64,000 nucleotides of DNA from an uncultured virus (IMG/VR IMGVR_UViG_3300042406_002067) (IMGVR_UViG_3300042406_002067), one strand, 5' to 3'; shown: positions 19,138-28,953, numbered from the stretch's first letter. Made by a program: numbers and translations. Notes: a model not told the origin generated them from the sequence alone.

Positions 19138-19512
19138 ATGAAAAAAAACGCAAAAGTTGGATTAATTTTAGGAGTAGGTGCATTGGTTGCAGCTATTTCA
19201 TATTATTTTTTAATCTACAAACCATCAAAAGCATCTACTACAGGTGCAGCACCAGCAACAGGTGGTAATACAAGCAATGGCAATACAACAGGCGGAGCTG
19301 CAACAACAGCACCAGCAAGTTTAGTTGGTAAGCATGTTTATGCAAAAAAAGATGGAATCAAGGAAGTTTATTCAAATGGACAAATTAAAAGAATAATAAA
19401 CAAAGATGCATGGGTTGGGCTTGTGTATGAAGAAGTAACACTTTCTGCAAATCCATTTTACCGAGTTGGAACAAATACATACGTAGCAAAATCGCTTGTA
19501 TATGCAAAATAA
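19138..19512 (+). CDS. N-terminal TM protein with Thr/Gly linker and small beta domain
   Basis: Sequence architecture. Confidence 0.6.
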   Translation: MKKNAKVGLILGVGALVAAISYYFLIYKPSKASTTGAAPATGGNTSNGNTTGGAATTAPASLVGKHVYAKKDGIKEVYSNGQIKRIINKDAWVGLVYEEVTLSANPFYRVGTNTYVAKSLVYAK

Positions 19513-19545
19513 AAAAAGCCCGATACAAGTATCAGGCTATTTTTG
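19511..19545 (-). terminator. intrinsic terminator, best on the minus strand (possibly bidirectional)
   Basis: Minus strand AGCCUGAUAC-UU-GUAUCGGGCU followed by a U-run. Confidence 0.7.
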
Positions 19546-19594
19546 TTGATGCAATAAGCGTAAATTGCAAACAACTTCCGGTAGGAGATGAACG
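19511..19594 (-). ncRNA. putative ~80-nt antisense-oriented small RNA
   Basis: Lies between a consensus minus-strand promoter and a minus-strand terminator; internal TGCAAT/ATTGCA hairpin. Confidence 0.5.
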
Positions 19595-19599
19595 TGGTG

Positions 19600-19631
19600 C
19601 AAAGATACAAAAAAACAACTGTAACGCCAAA
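19600..19631 (-). promoter_or_regulatory. Bacteroidota sigma70 promoter, minus strand
   Basis: Minus strand TTTG (19631-19628), 20-nt spacer, TATCTTTG (19607-19600). Confidence 0.65.
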
Positions 19632-19654
19632 AACTTTTAAACAAAATACTAACA

Positions 19655-19858
19655 ATGAGCGATTCATATAATTTAGGCAAATATCAATACAATACGTGGA
19701 CCATTAAGTTGGCAGGCACATTGTTTTTGGCTGGATTAGTTTATGCAATAGCAACCAAAAAAAGCGTATTGGGCATTGTTGCTATTAGTTTTTTAGGATC
19801 AGCAGTAGGATACAGCATCGGAGCATTAATAAAAGCACCAAAAAGAATAGAAGAATAA
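19655..19858 (+). CDS. small two-TM protein
   Basis: Hydrophobicity; similar layout to 20728. Confidence 0.6.
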   Translation: MSDSYNLGKYQYNTWTIKLAGTLFLAGLVYAIATKKSVLGIVAISFLGSAVGYSIGALIKAPKRIEE

Positions 19859-19890
19859 ATATAAACCATAAAAACCCAAACAAAAAAGCC

Positions 19891-19995
19891 ATGAAAAAAG
19901 TAATTATCATCACATTAATTTTGGCCGTAGTAGGAACAGCATCTTACTTTGGTTACAAAGCCTACAAAAAATCACAAGAAACTCCAAAAGCCTAA
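19891..19995 (+). CDS. 34-aa single-TM protein, paralog of the next gene (not in ORF track)
   Basis: MKKVIIITLILAVVGTASYFGYKAYKK vs MKKVLIFGGIAIVLGAIAYFGYKAYKA. Confidence 0.6.
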   Translation: MKKVIIITLILAVVGTASYFGYKAYKKSQETPKA

Positions 19996-19999
19996 AAAC

Positions 20000-20218
20000 A
20001 TGAAAAAAGTATTAATATTCGGTGGAATTGCAATCGTATTAGGTGCAATTGCATACTTTGGTTACAAAGCATACAAAGCAAAACAAACACCAGGATTAAC
20101 AGCCGTAAAACCACCATTGGCTACGCCAACAGCAACATCAAACGGTAAACCTGTAGTAGTTGTTCCGGCACAAACATCAACCACAATTACACAAAGCACA
20201 GCACAAGCACGCGGATAA
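20000..20218 (+). CDS. N-terminal TM protein with Thr/Pro-rich tail
   Basis: ATG 20000 preferred; paralogy with 19891. Confidence 0.65.
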   Translation: MKKVLIFGGIAIVLGAIAYFGYKAYKAKQTPGLTAVKPPLATPTATSNGKPVVVVPAQTSTTITQSTAQARG

Positions 20219-20724
20219 TGAAACCAAAGTATATCTTAATTTCAGCACTTTTACTTGCGGCAACGTATGGCGGTTATTTATTATTTAACCAAATTACATT
20301 GCTTAAAAAAACATGCGTTAAAATGGTGAATCACCGTTTAACAGGCTTGTTAAGTAAAAATGCTCAATTAAGTATTACATTGCGTATTACCAACAAATCG
20401 GATATTGATTTGCTTGCTACAGGCGAAACATTTGATATTTATATCAATAATAACTTTGTAGCAAAGCTAAACCAATCCAATAAGCATGTAATTACACGTA
20501 ATTCATCAACCGATATTACACTTACCGCAAACTTTGATCCAAGCAATTTGGTGAAGCAAGGCTTTGCTGCAATTGCACAGGATTTTAACCAAGTGCGTAT
20601 TCGTATTAAAGGCAAATTTAATATTAAAACAAGCATTATTTCGGTAAACAATTTGAGTATAGATACATCAATGACTTTAGCCGAAATACTTGCACCAAGC
20701 AATCAACAAACAACAAGCTGTTAA
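20218..20724 (+). CDS. LEA_2/WHy-like domain protein with N-terminal TM
   Basis: LRITNKSDIDL....FDIYINNNFVA......I..NSSTDITL pattern. Confidence 0.65.
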   Translation: MKPKYILISALLLAATYGGYLLFNQITLLKKTCVKMVNHRLTGLLSKNAQLSITLRITNKSDIDLLATGETFDIYINNNFVAKLNQSNKHVITRNSSTDITLTANFDPSNLVKQGFAAIAQDFNQVRIRIKGKFNIKTSIISVNNLSIDTSMTLAEILAPSNQQTTSC

Positions 20725-20727
20725 ACC

Positions 20728-20976
20728 ATGGACGATTTAGAAAATTACACACCCGAACAACGTAAAAAGCTACGCACATTATATGCAATTGCATATGCAG
20801 GCGCAACAATTGGATTAATTGTAGGATTAATAGTTGCATACAAACGCAAAACAGGATTTTGGGGATATGTTGGTTTTGGAATACTCGGATCAATTGTAAT
20901 TGGTGGAGTTACCAAATTAGCACTATTGCCTGCAGCAAACAAATTAGATAATCAAGCCGATGAGAGCAATAAGTAA
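20728..20976 (+). CDS. small two-TM protein
   Basis: GLIVAYKRKTGFWGYVGFGILGSIV. Confidence 0.6.
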   Translation: MDDLENYTPEQRKKLRTLYAIAYAGATIGLIVGLIVAYKRKTGFWGYVGFGILGSIVIGGVTKLALLPAANKLDNQADESNK

Positions 20977-21117
20977 AAATCAAATAATGTTTTTGTGGGT
21001 TGTAACAATTGGTTCAACCATAGCAGTATTTAGCAAAAACAGCATTGTTAGAAAAGCTGGAATGGCCAGCCTTTTAACAGTTTTAATATATAGTTATTAT
21101 CAAGAAAATAAGTAAGT

Positions 21118-21351
21118 ATGACAAAAACAGTAAAACGCAAATTAGCCGATTGGTCCGCTACCGTAATTGGCGCAATAGTAGCCATTGCAAATGCCTGGAT
21201 TACTATTGATTGGGACAATTTTGAATTGAACGAAAAAAATTGTTTTAAATTAGCATTATCAGGTATTATTGCATTTGGAGGTTATTTAAGCCGTTTCAAA
21301 ACAAAAGAAAATTCAATACCAACAAATCAAACACCCGACATTGAAAAATAA
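21118..21351 (+). CDS. putative holin
   Basis: 77 aa, two TM helices, charged C-terminus. Confidence 0.45.
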   Translation: MTKTVKRKLADWSATVIGAIVAIANAWITIDWDNFELNEKNCFKLALSGIIAFGGYLSRFKTKENSIPTNQTPDIEK

Positions 21352-22024
21352 AATAATTATAGCACTTGCCTTAGCATTAATTGCGCTTATTCTCCTTAAT
21401 ATAAAAACGTGTGGTAAATTAACTGATGTTGATAACATAAATTCAGCAAAAAGTGATACCATAAGAAATCAAATAAACGAAAAAGGACAATATGAGAGCA
21501 CAATAGCAATTATGCAAGGCACGGTTGCCGAATTTAAAAAAATAGAGGCAGGAAAAGACAGCACTATTGCACACTTGCAAAGCATTGTTGATAAGCACAC
21601 TATTTCGGCAACCGTTCACGGAACAGTTACAGGAAATTCCATTAATACAGGAACATCCATCACAAAATACGATACCATTTCAAAAAATGATACAACGTAT
21701 TTGTATCCAACCTATGCTACAAAATTTAAAAACCGTTGGGAAGATTTTAGTATTACAGCCACAAAAGATTCGTTTCACTTGGATTACAAAGTATTTAACG
21801 AATTTGATTATGTTGTAAGATACAACAGGCCAAAATGGTACAAAGCTCGCGTTCCAGAAATCACAGTAACAAACCTAAATACGCATACACAAACCATTGA
21901 ATTAAAAAATTTTACTGTAAAACCACCAAAAAACCAAAAGATTTTAGTATTTTTGGGCGGTTGTATTGTAGGTGCAGCTTCATCAATTGGAACAGCCTAC
22001 GCAGTAAAAACTTTAATTCGATAA
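21341..22024 (+). CDS. membrane-anchored protein, possibly spanin-like
   Basis: N-terminal TM, periplasmic-type body, C-terminal hydrophobic segment; next to the holin-like gene. Confidence 0.4.
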   Translation: MKNKIIIALALALIALILLNIKTCGKLTDVDNINSAKSDTIRNQINEKGQYESTIAIMQGTVAEFKKIEAGKDSTIAHLQSIVDKHTISATVHGTVTGNSINTGTSITKYDTISKNDTTYLYPTYATKFKNRWEDFSITATKDSFHLDYKVFNEFDYVVRYNRPKWYKARVPEITVTNLNTHTQTIELKNFTVKPPKNQKILVFLGGCIVGAASSIGTAYAVKTLIR

Positions 22025-22027
22025 AAA

Positions 22028-22408
22028 ATGGATGTAAAAAAAACAGTAGAAATATTACTTTTTGAATATTTCACAAAAAAAGCAAAGGAATATTCATGCT
22101 CATTTAGTTCTTTATCAATATTGGCTTCAATTAGTGTTAAAGAAAAAACAGCTTTATTTGCTTTGTACAAAGATAGTGGATTTGCCGAATGGGTAAATTT
22201 AAAGCAGTTGGTAGATTCAGATGCGTTAGGTTTTGTTGAGAAGTTGGCAGCACCATCATTAATTAAAGGAGCTTTTTTTAAAAGCCTTATGAAATATGAA
22301 GCCGAATTTAAAACAACAGCAAGAATCGCAATTTATTCAAATTTAGATTGTTTTGCATTGGAAAACTATACAAAAAGAAAACAAATAACAATTAACGATA
22401 TAATTTAA
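22028..22408 (+). CDS. hypothetical protein
   Basis: ORF in operon. Confidence 0.6.
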   Translation: MDVKKTVEILLFEYFTKKAKEYSCSFSSLSILASISVKEKTALFALYKDSGFAEWVNLKQLVDSDALGFVEKLAAPSLIKGAFFKSLMKYEAEFKTTARIAIYSNLDCFALENYTKRKQITINDII

Positions 22409-22413
22409 AAATA

Positions 22414-22677
22414 ATGTCACAAATAACACGCACCACAAATCAACCTGTACCAGAAAAAGCGTACCGTAGTTCTGCAAGTGTTTCGGATGCTGGAACTGTA
22501 GATTCTGGATTTTTTTGTTTAGGAATTCTTAATACAGGTTCAGCCGATGCAATATTCGATGGACAAACAATTCCTGCAGGAACAGCCGAAACATATCCAT
22601 TTGTAGGAAAAGCATATGCCGAACCGTGCACGTATGATGCAACAGGCACAACGTTATTAATCAAAGTAATTTGGTAA
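22414..22677 (+). CDS. small beta-rich structural protein (possible vertex/fibre base)
   Basis: Directly precedes the fibre genes. Confidence 0.45.
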   Translation: MSQITRTTNQPVPEKAYRSSASVSDAGTVDSGFFCLGILNTGSADAIFDGQTIPAGTAETYPFVGKAYAEPCTYDATGTTLLIKVIW

Positions 22678-22680
22678 ACC

Positions 22681-23322
22681 ATGTTTAACCAAGGAATATA
22701 TCACCAAAGCACACAAATGGTTGGCGGATTCGTTGGTGGATCGGGCACAATTAATTATGTGCCAAAATGGACTCCAAACGGAGTTACCATTGGTAATAGC
22801 CAAATATTTGATAATGGAACAAATGTAGGAGTAGCAACAATAACACCTTCTACTAAGTTTCATGTAAATGGCGCATTTACATTGCAAGGTGGTCCTGCAT
22901 CCGATATTTATTTAGATAATGCTGGAACAGGAAAATTGTTAAGATTAATGGACCCAACAGGAACCGATATACTTTCAATTTCATTAAATGTAGGAACATT
23001 AACATCATTTGCAACAAATCAAGCAGCATTCACTTTTAATAAAGATGTAAGGTTTGATACATCAGGAGTATCAAACATTTATGTAAATAATGGAGGTAAT
23101 GGATTAAGATTAAATGGCAAAAACGATACAAGTGGAGATTTTGGTATTACAATAAATAATTCCGGATACGTAATATTTCAAGCAAACAATGCAGCAATTG
23201 CCGATGGTAGTTTACCTGCATCAAAATTTGCTTTTTACATTAATGAAGCAGGAAACACACTTACAGTAAAAGTTAAATATAGTGGCGGAACAGTTAAAAC
23301 AGGAACCGTTGCATTAATATAA
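22681..23322 (+). CDS. putative short fibre/spike protein
   Basis: GSGTINYVPKWT..IGNSQIFDNGTNVGVATITPSTKFHVNG is a fibre-type repeat. Confidence 0.7.
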   Translation: MFNQGIYHQSTQMVGGFVGGSGTINYVPKWTPNGVTIGNSQIFDNGTNVGVATITPSTKFHVNGAFTLQGGPASDIYLDNAGTGKLLRLMDPTGTDILSISLNVGTLTSFATNQAAFTFNKDVRFDTSGVSNIYVNNGGNGLRLNGKNDTSGDFGITINNSGYVIFQANNAAIADGSLPASKFAFYINEAGNTLTVKVKYSGGTVKTGTVALI

Positions 23323-23327
23323 TAAAC

Positions 23328-23633
23328 ATGGCACTAATAGTTCAAAGCACAACCAAAAAAAAGTTACTTATTTCGGGAACATCAATTAATGTAAAATCAA
23401 TTTATTGCCGAACCGAAATTAATTTTACGCATGATGGCAAAAAAGCAACAGCATGTTTGTATATTTATGAAAACAAAGATGCATTCAAAAAAAATGCAAA
23501 TGTTTTAAGCATTGAAGATTTCCAAAAGTCGGGTTATTTGTTTGATACAAAAGAACAAACAATTGAATTGGCCCATCAAGAACTTAAAAAAGCACTTGCA
23601 AAACAAGGATATAAAGTAGAAATTGAATTATAA
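23328..23633 (+). CDS. hypothetical fibre-associated protein
   Basis: Follows a fibre gene. Confidence 0.55.
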   Translation: MALIVQSTTKKKLLISGTSINVKSIYCRTEINFTHDGKKATACLYIYENKDAFKKNANVLSIEDFQKSGYLFDTKEQTIELAHQELKKALAKQGYKVEIEL

Positions 23634-23851
23634 TGAATAAATTTATGCTCCAACAAATATTTTGCACTAAAATAGGATGGTTATTTATTTGCTTATTCCT
23701 ATCACTTGTATTTGGTATATTGGCAAATTGGATTGATTGGTGCCAAACAGCAATGTTTGTTTCATTAATTTATCCAATAGGATTAACAATTGTAATGATT
23801 GTATTTGCTTGGATAATTAATCCATTAAGGAAACATTTTAATAATGATTAG
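23633..23851 (+). CDS. small two-TM protein
   Basis: Hydrophobicity. Confidence 0.55.
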   Translation: MNKFMLQQIFCTKIGWLFICLFLSLVFGILANWIDWCQTAMFVSLIYPIGLTIVMIVFAWIINPLRKHFNND

Positions 23852-24221
23852 TGTATTTTTATCGCTTTTATTTTTTTTATTAGCAGCAGCATGTAATGCA
23901 TGTATGGATAAACTGTCATTTCATTTTCACAAAAGCATTTTTAATAACTTGAATCCAAAATTTTGGGACCCATCAATAAGTTGGAAATATGCCAAAATTA
24001 TTCCATTAACAAAATACAAAATAGATGCATGGCATTTATTTAAAAGCGGAATGGTTATTTTTCTTTGTTTGTCAATAGTGTTTGCGTTTAAAGGTGGCGT
24101 ACATGTATATGTAGATCATACTTCAATAGTAAACAAATTAGTTGTATTTACAATAATGGGATTATTATGGAATGGTGGATTTAACCTATTTTTTAATACA
24201 ATTTTAAGTAGAAATGTTTAA
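23844..24221 (+). CDS. multi-TM membrane protein
   Basis: AACNACMD..FWDPSISWKY..DAWHLFK with hydrophobic segments. Confidence 0.6.
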   Translation: MISVFLSLLFFLLAAACNACMDKLSFHFHKSIFNNLNPKFWDPSISWKYAKIIPLTKYKIDAWHLFKSGMVIFLCLSIVFAFKGGVHVYVDHTSIVNKLVVFTIMGLLWNGGFNLFFNTILSRNV

Positions 24222-26169
24222 CCAAGGAATATATTCAAAATCATCGGGCGGTGGAGGAACAGGCCAAGGCATAACAGCAGTTGTTGCCAATTATTCCGCA
24301 TTACCATTAGCATCGGCCGCACCCGATGAATTCTATTTTGTAGAAAGTCCACAAGGTACAGCATGGTTGCCAGGTAGCCTTGGTGGTACATACTATCCTG
24401 CAGGTTTATATTATTCAAATGGTGTAACATGGTTTTATGCCGAAAGTCCATACCAAGCATCGCAACTTGTTGTAGATGCTGGTATTGTTACCGATCAATT
24501 TGTATCACCATATACATTGGCAAACGCAACCACAGTTGAGCGTCCATTAACATTTAGTACAGGATTAACACGTGTTGCAAATACTATTACCGCAAATATT
24601 AGTACGGGTATTGCAGGTGGACAAACAATTTATGGTGGAACAGCAGCCAATGAAAATTTAACAATTCAAAGTACAATAAATGCAACAAAAGGAAGTGTTA
24701 TTATAGGAACCGCAAATGGATTTATATTTGACGAAACAAATAGTAGATTAGCACTTGGTCGAAATTCTACCACAGTAACAATTGGTGGTTCATCTATTGG
24801 TGTTCGTTTTTCGGTACATAGTTCATCTACTAGCATAGCAAATTCTGAATTTCATTCAACAAGTAATACAGCTTCATGGGGAACTACCATTTATGGTACA
24901 AGGGCACGCGGAACGTTTGCAACTCCAGCGGTAATTCAAAGTGGAGATAATATATTAGATATATTTGCATTAGGTTACGATGGAACAGATTTTGCAATTT
25001 CATCATCAATTGAGCACGAAGCCGAAGGAACAATAGCGTCCGATCAAATTCCAGGTAGAATATTATTTAAAACAGCAAATAGTACTGGTACATTAACCGA
25101 AAGATGGAGGGTTAATAGCACAGGAGGTTCTATATTTAGCACTACTATTTCAGTTAGTCCAGCAGCAGTTACAACAGGGGTCCAGGTAGATTTTACATTT
25201 ACAGGAGCATTAAATACAAACCAAACAGCAAATGCAGAAGTAAACAGAGTTTTATTCACAACCAATTCTAGGCAATGGGCAACAGGCGCAATAACAACAC
25301 AACGCGAATTTTTAATTCAAGCTCCAACTTATAGTTTTGTAGGGGCAAGTGTTATTACAAATGCTGCAACATTGGCTATTTCGGCAGCCCCAATAGCAGG
25401 AACAAATGCAACTATTACTAATTCATATAGTATTTGGAGCCAAAGCGGAGCAGCAAGATTTGACGTTGGTACAGGAGCAGTAACCATTAGGGATCAAACA
25501 GTTTCACCAAGCAATTCTTGTATATATATGGTTACTTCTGCATTAAGTGGAACAAACTATACTATTTTATCTACCAATGTATCATCATTTTTTAATGCGC
25601 CTACTACATCTGGAACAGCAGAGATTAGAATTTTAAATAGTCAGCGTGCCGTATTTAGTAATACAACAACTACTTTTAGTTTAGGAGTAGCTACAACAGG
25701 TGCTGTAACGCCATTTACATTTACATCTTCTGCAAATACAGGTCAAACAGCAACAACTGAAATATTTGGATTTAATCTTAATCTATCAGCTACAAGAACA
25801 TGGGCAACAGGAGCAATAACAACACAGCGTGAATTTTTAATCCAAGCACCAACATATAGTTTTGTAGGGGCAAGTGTTATTACAAATGCTTATACCGCTT
25901 ATGTATCTGGTTCACCAATAGCAGGGGCAAATGCAACAATAACCAATTCTTATGCAATGGGAGTTGATGGGAAGTTAAATTTATTAAATGGCAATTTATT
26001 TAATACAGGAACACAAGTATTAGGGCCACGTGTAACAGGTTGGACTTCTCCTACAGGAACAGCATCAAGATCGGGATATGCTACAACAACAGCAACAGTA
26101 ACGCAATTGGCACAAACTTTAAAAGCTCTAATTGACGATTTAACAACACATGGAATAATAGGAACATAA
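24214..26169 (+). CDS. long fibre/spike protein with internal duplication
   Basis: Thr/Ala/Gly/Ser-rich; WATGAITTQREFLIQAPTYSFVGASVITNA occurs twice. Confidence 0.75.
   Translation: MFNQGIYSKSSGGGGTGQGITAVVANYSALPLASAAPDEFYFVESPQGTAWLPGSLGGTYYPAGLYYSNGVTWFYAESPYQASQLVVDAGIVTDQFVSPYTLANATTVERPLTFSTGLTRVANTITANISTGIAGGQTIYGGTAANENLTIQSTINATKGSVIIGTANGFIFDETNSRLALGRNSTTVTIGGSSIGVRFSVHSSSTSIANSEFHSTSNTASWGTTIYGTRARGTFATPAVIQSGDNILDIFALGYDGTDFAISSSIEHEAEGTIASDQIPGRILFKTANSTGTLTERWRVNSTGGSIFSTTISVSPAAVTTGVQVDFTFTGALNTNQTANAEVNRVLFTTNSRQWATGAITTQREFLIQAPTYSFVGASVITNAATLAISAAPIAGTNATITNSYSIWSQSGAARFDVGTGAVTIRDQTVSPSNSCIYMVTSALSGTNYTILSTNVSSFFNAPTTSGTAEIRILNSQRAVFSNTTTTFSLGVATTGAVTPFTFTSSANTGQTATTEIFGFNLNLSATRTWATGAITTQREFLIQAPTYSFVGASVITNAYTAYVSGSPIAGANATITNSYAMGVDGKLNLLNGNLFNTGTQVLGPRVTGWTSPTGTASRSGYATTTATVTQLAQTLKALIDDLTTHGIIGT
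25276..25890 (+). repeat. ~90-bp intragenic direct repeat (25276-25365 / 25801-25890)
   Basis: Same 30-aa peptide in both copies, with synonymous DNA differences. Confidence 0.9.
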
Positions 26170-26173
26170 TAAT

Positions 26174-28186
26174 ATGGCACTAATAGAATTTGGATCAATA
26201 CAAGCATCGCAAAGCATACAAAGCGTGCAAAGTATTTTGCTTACAGGAAACACAGCAGGTGGTACATCAATTACAGGTGGCGATATTTATATATCGGCTG
26301 CAGGTAATTTAACAGCATCTATTACAGGTTCTACAATTGTATTATCGGCAAACGCAGGAGGTGGAGCAGGTGATGGTGGTAATATATTAATTGCAGGTAC
26401 ACAAACGGCAGGAAGCACAAATTCAGTATTGTTTTCAAATCAAAATGGAATTACATTTGGAATGAGCAATAGTTCTGTTATTACAGCATCTCACAATGGT
26501 TTAACACAACAAAGTACACAACCTGCAGTTGGTTTAAATACAGCCCAAACAAATGTAACCTGGACTGTAAATAGTAGTGGAATATCTTTTAATGCAGCAG
26601 GTTATGCAGGCACAGGAACAAGTGCTACAAATGCAAGTGTTACATTAAATAGCAATGGATTAGCTATTTCGGTAGCTGCTCCTGTTACTACAAATGGATT
26701 ATTATCAGCAATAAAAGTAAGTGCCGGCACATTATCTTCCAACAGATCGGATGTAACGTTTTCTAATGCAAATGGTGTAACATTTGGATTAGAAACAAAC
26801 GGTATTTTAACGGCAAGTGTACAAACAAACTATTTAACAACAGCACGCGCATCAAATGATGGAGTTGGTTTAAATACAGCCCAAACAAATGTAACATGGA
26901 CTGTAAATAGTGGTGGAATATCTTTTAATGCAGCCGGTTATGCAGGCACAGGCACAAGTGCTACAAATGCAAGTGTTACATTAAATAGTAATGGACTTGC
27001 AATATCAGTTGCAGCAGGTGGAGGATTAACACAACTTACGGCATACGCAACAAGCAATACAACAAATAGTTCTTCTGGAACAATTGCATTAAGCAATCTT
27101 ATATTTAAAGGACAAGGTGCGGTATCAATTGGAGTAAGCAATGGAAGTGTTATTGTTGAAGCTCCAAATGCAGCAGCAGGAAATGTAACATTTAGTGCAG
27201 GAACAACAAATGCAGCACTTGCAAATGTATCTTTTGCCAATTCAAATAATTTATCCTTTGGATTAAGCGGATCAACAATTACGGCATCATTTAATGCTAT
27301 AAATGTTGGTATTTCTACATTTGGAAATACAGCAGGAACAACAGGAACGGTAGATGGTGCAGGTGGTCAAATCGTTTTTGTTGGAGAGGATGGGATAAGA
27401 ATGAGCCAATCTATAAATGGGAATAGTATTACTTTAACAGTAGATAAACAACCAATAAAAACTCATATCCCTTACTATCCTGCATCAACAGGGGCGCAAA
27501 CTTTAGGGGCGCAAGGTGTAACAAGTGCATCTGCATGGTATTTCCCTGTTTCATTATTGCAACCTATTCAATTTAATCAATTAGAACAATTAATGACAGC
27601 TTCGGTTGTTAGTTCATCGGTTGCATTTAGCCATACTGTTACACATCAATTTGGTCTATTTTCAAATAATGGAGGAACATTAAGCCTTATTAGTTCAAGT
27701 TCTTATTCGGTTGGTTTAACAGGTAGTTCTGTAAGTTTTACTATAAATTGCCCAGCGTCTTATGGAACAGCAGGAGGATACACATATTCTAACTTTAATG
27801 CCACCACAACAGCACAAGCACAATCTTTATTTGGTACAGCAGGTAATAGAATTATGAGCTTTGGTTTTGGCAACACTATGAGTATGAGTGAAGGGATTTA
27901 TTGGGTGGGTATTCATCAAAGACAAAGTTCATCAAGTGCCAACGGTGGAATGGCTTTTGCGTTAGGTGGTAATGTAATGGCGGCACCTGTAAATGCAGGG
28001 GGATTAGGTTCAAGTACCGCAGCTTACACAGGAACAGCAAACACTTTAGTTAAAATTCCTTGGGGCGTTGCAACATCAACAGGTTCGGCTGCTTATGGTG
28101 GTTCACAACTACCAAGTGCTGTAAACATAACAGCAATGGGTGTGACAGCAACAGTTATGCCTATGATGACATTTATATCAAGATAA
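26174..28186 (+). CDS. Ser/Thr/Gly/Asn-rich fibre or surface glycoprotein with internal duplication
   Basis: Composition; ~50-aa near-identical repeat; recurring F(S/A)N.NG(I/V)TFG units. Confidence 0.75.
   Translation: MALIEFGSIQASQSIQSVQSILLTGNTAGGTSITGGDIYISAAGNLTASITGSTIVLSANAGGGAGDGGNILIAGTQTAGSTNSVLFSNQNGITFGMSNSSVITASHNGLTQQSTQPAVGLNTAQTNVTWTVNSSGISFNAAGYAGTGTSATNASVTLNSNGLAISVAAPVTTNGLLSAIKVSAGTLSSNRSDVTFSNANGVTFGLETNGILTASVQTNYLTTARASNDGVGLNTAQTNVTWTVNSGGISFNAAGYAGTGTSATNASVTLNSNGLAISVAAGGGLTQLTAYATSNTTNSSSGTIALSNLIFKGQGAVSIGVSNGSVIVEAPNAAAGNVTFSAGTTNAALANVSFANSNNLSFGLSGSTITASFNAINVGISTFGNTAGTTGTVDGAGGQIVFVGEDGIRMSQSINGNSITLTVDKQPIKTHIPYYPASTGAQTLGAQGVTSASAWYFPVSLLQPIQFNQLEQLMTASVVSSSVAFSHTVTHQFGLFSNNGGTLSLISSSSYSVGLTGSSVSFTINCPASYGTAGGYTYSNFNATTTAQAQSLFGTAGNRIMSFGFGNTMSMSEGIYWVGIHQRQSSSSANGGMAFALGGNVMAAPVNAGGLGSSTAAYTGTANTLVKIPWGVATSTGSAAYGGSQLPSAVNITAMGVTATVMPMMTFISR
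26527..27015 (+). repeat. ~150-bp intragenic direct repeat (26527-26680 / 26863-27015)
   Basis: VGLNTAQTNVTWTVNS(S/G)GISFNAAGYAGTGTSATNASVTLNSNGLAISVAA twice. Confidence 0.9.
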
Positions 28187-28187
28187 T

Positions 28188-28219
28188 TTTGTTGGATAAA
28201 AAATAATACTATATATTTG
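28188..28219 (+). promoter_or_regulatory. Bacteroidota sigma70 promoter
   Basis: TTTG-N20-TATATTTG. Confidence 0.65.
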
Positions 28220-28239
28220 CGATTATAAAAAAATGAAAT

Positions 28240-28953
28240 ATGATAGTAGGAATAGAAAGTGGGATTCACAATCAAGATCTTGTTAATTCACAAAAAAGAA
28301 TAATTGAAGGCGGTTCATGGAAACAACAACGTGTTGTAATGATTATTCCAGCCGCAAAAACAATTCCAACAAAAGTTTATTTATCGCATTGCTCATTAAT
28401 GTTTCCACCAAACAATGGTTCATTTAAAATGGCTGCTATTGGATTGGAAGTAGGCGAGGCATTTTCATCTGCAATAGAGCAAGTATTATCACATCCAGAA
28501 TTATCACAATGGGAATACATACTAACAATTGAACATGATAATATTCCACCTGCAGATGGTTTACTTCGATTAATACAAGCAATGGAAAAAAATCCACATT
28601 TATCGTGTATTGGAGGATTGTATTGGACCAAAGGAGAAGGAGGCGTGCCACAAATATGGGGCGATGCAAAAGATCCAAACATAAATTTTAGACCACAACC
28701 ACCAGATATTAATGGCGGATTAGTTGAATGTTGCGGAACCGGAATGGGATTTAATTTATGGAGAATATCAATGTTTAAAGATTCAAACCTAAGAAGGCCA
28801 TGGTTTAAAACATTAACAGGAATTGAAGGGCAAGGAATAGGAACCCAAGATCTATATTTTTGGGCGGATGCTAGGAAGCATGGATACCGTTGCGCAATAG
28901 ATTGTTCCGTTAAAGTAGGTCATTATGACTTAAATTCAGATATAACTTGGTAA
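28240..28953 (+). CDS. GT-A fold glycosyltransferase-like protein
   Basis: YILTIEHDN, GTGMGFNL, TQDLYF..DCSVKVGH. Confidence 0.7.
   Translation: MIVGIESGIHNQDLVNSQKRIIEGGSWKQQRVVMIIPAAKTIPTKVYLSHCSLMFPPNNGSFKMAAIGLEVGEAFSSAIEQVLSHPELSQWEYILTIEHDNIPPADGLLRLIQAMEKNPHLSCIGGLYWTKGEGGVPQIWGDAKDPNINFRPQPPDINGGLVECCGTGMGFNLWRISMFKDSNLRRPWFKTLTGIEGQGIGTQDLYFWADARKHGYRCAIDCSVKVGHYDLNSDITW

Noticed and set aside
25276..27015. Fibre duplications as DGR template/variable repeats
   Set aside because: Both copies are in-frame within one gene, differences are mostly synonymous and not adenine-specific, and no reverse transcriptase was seen
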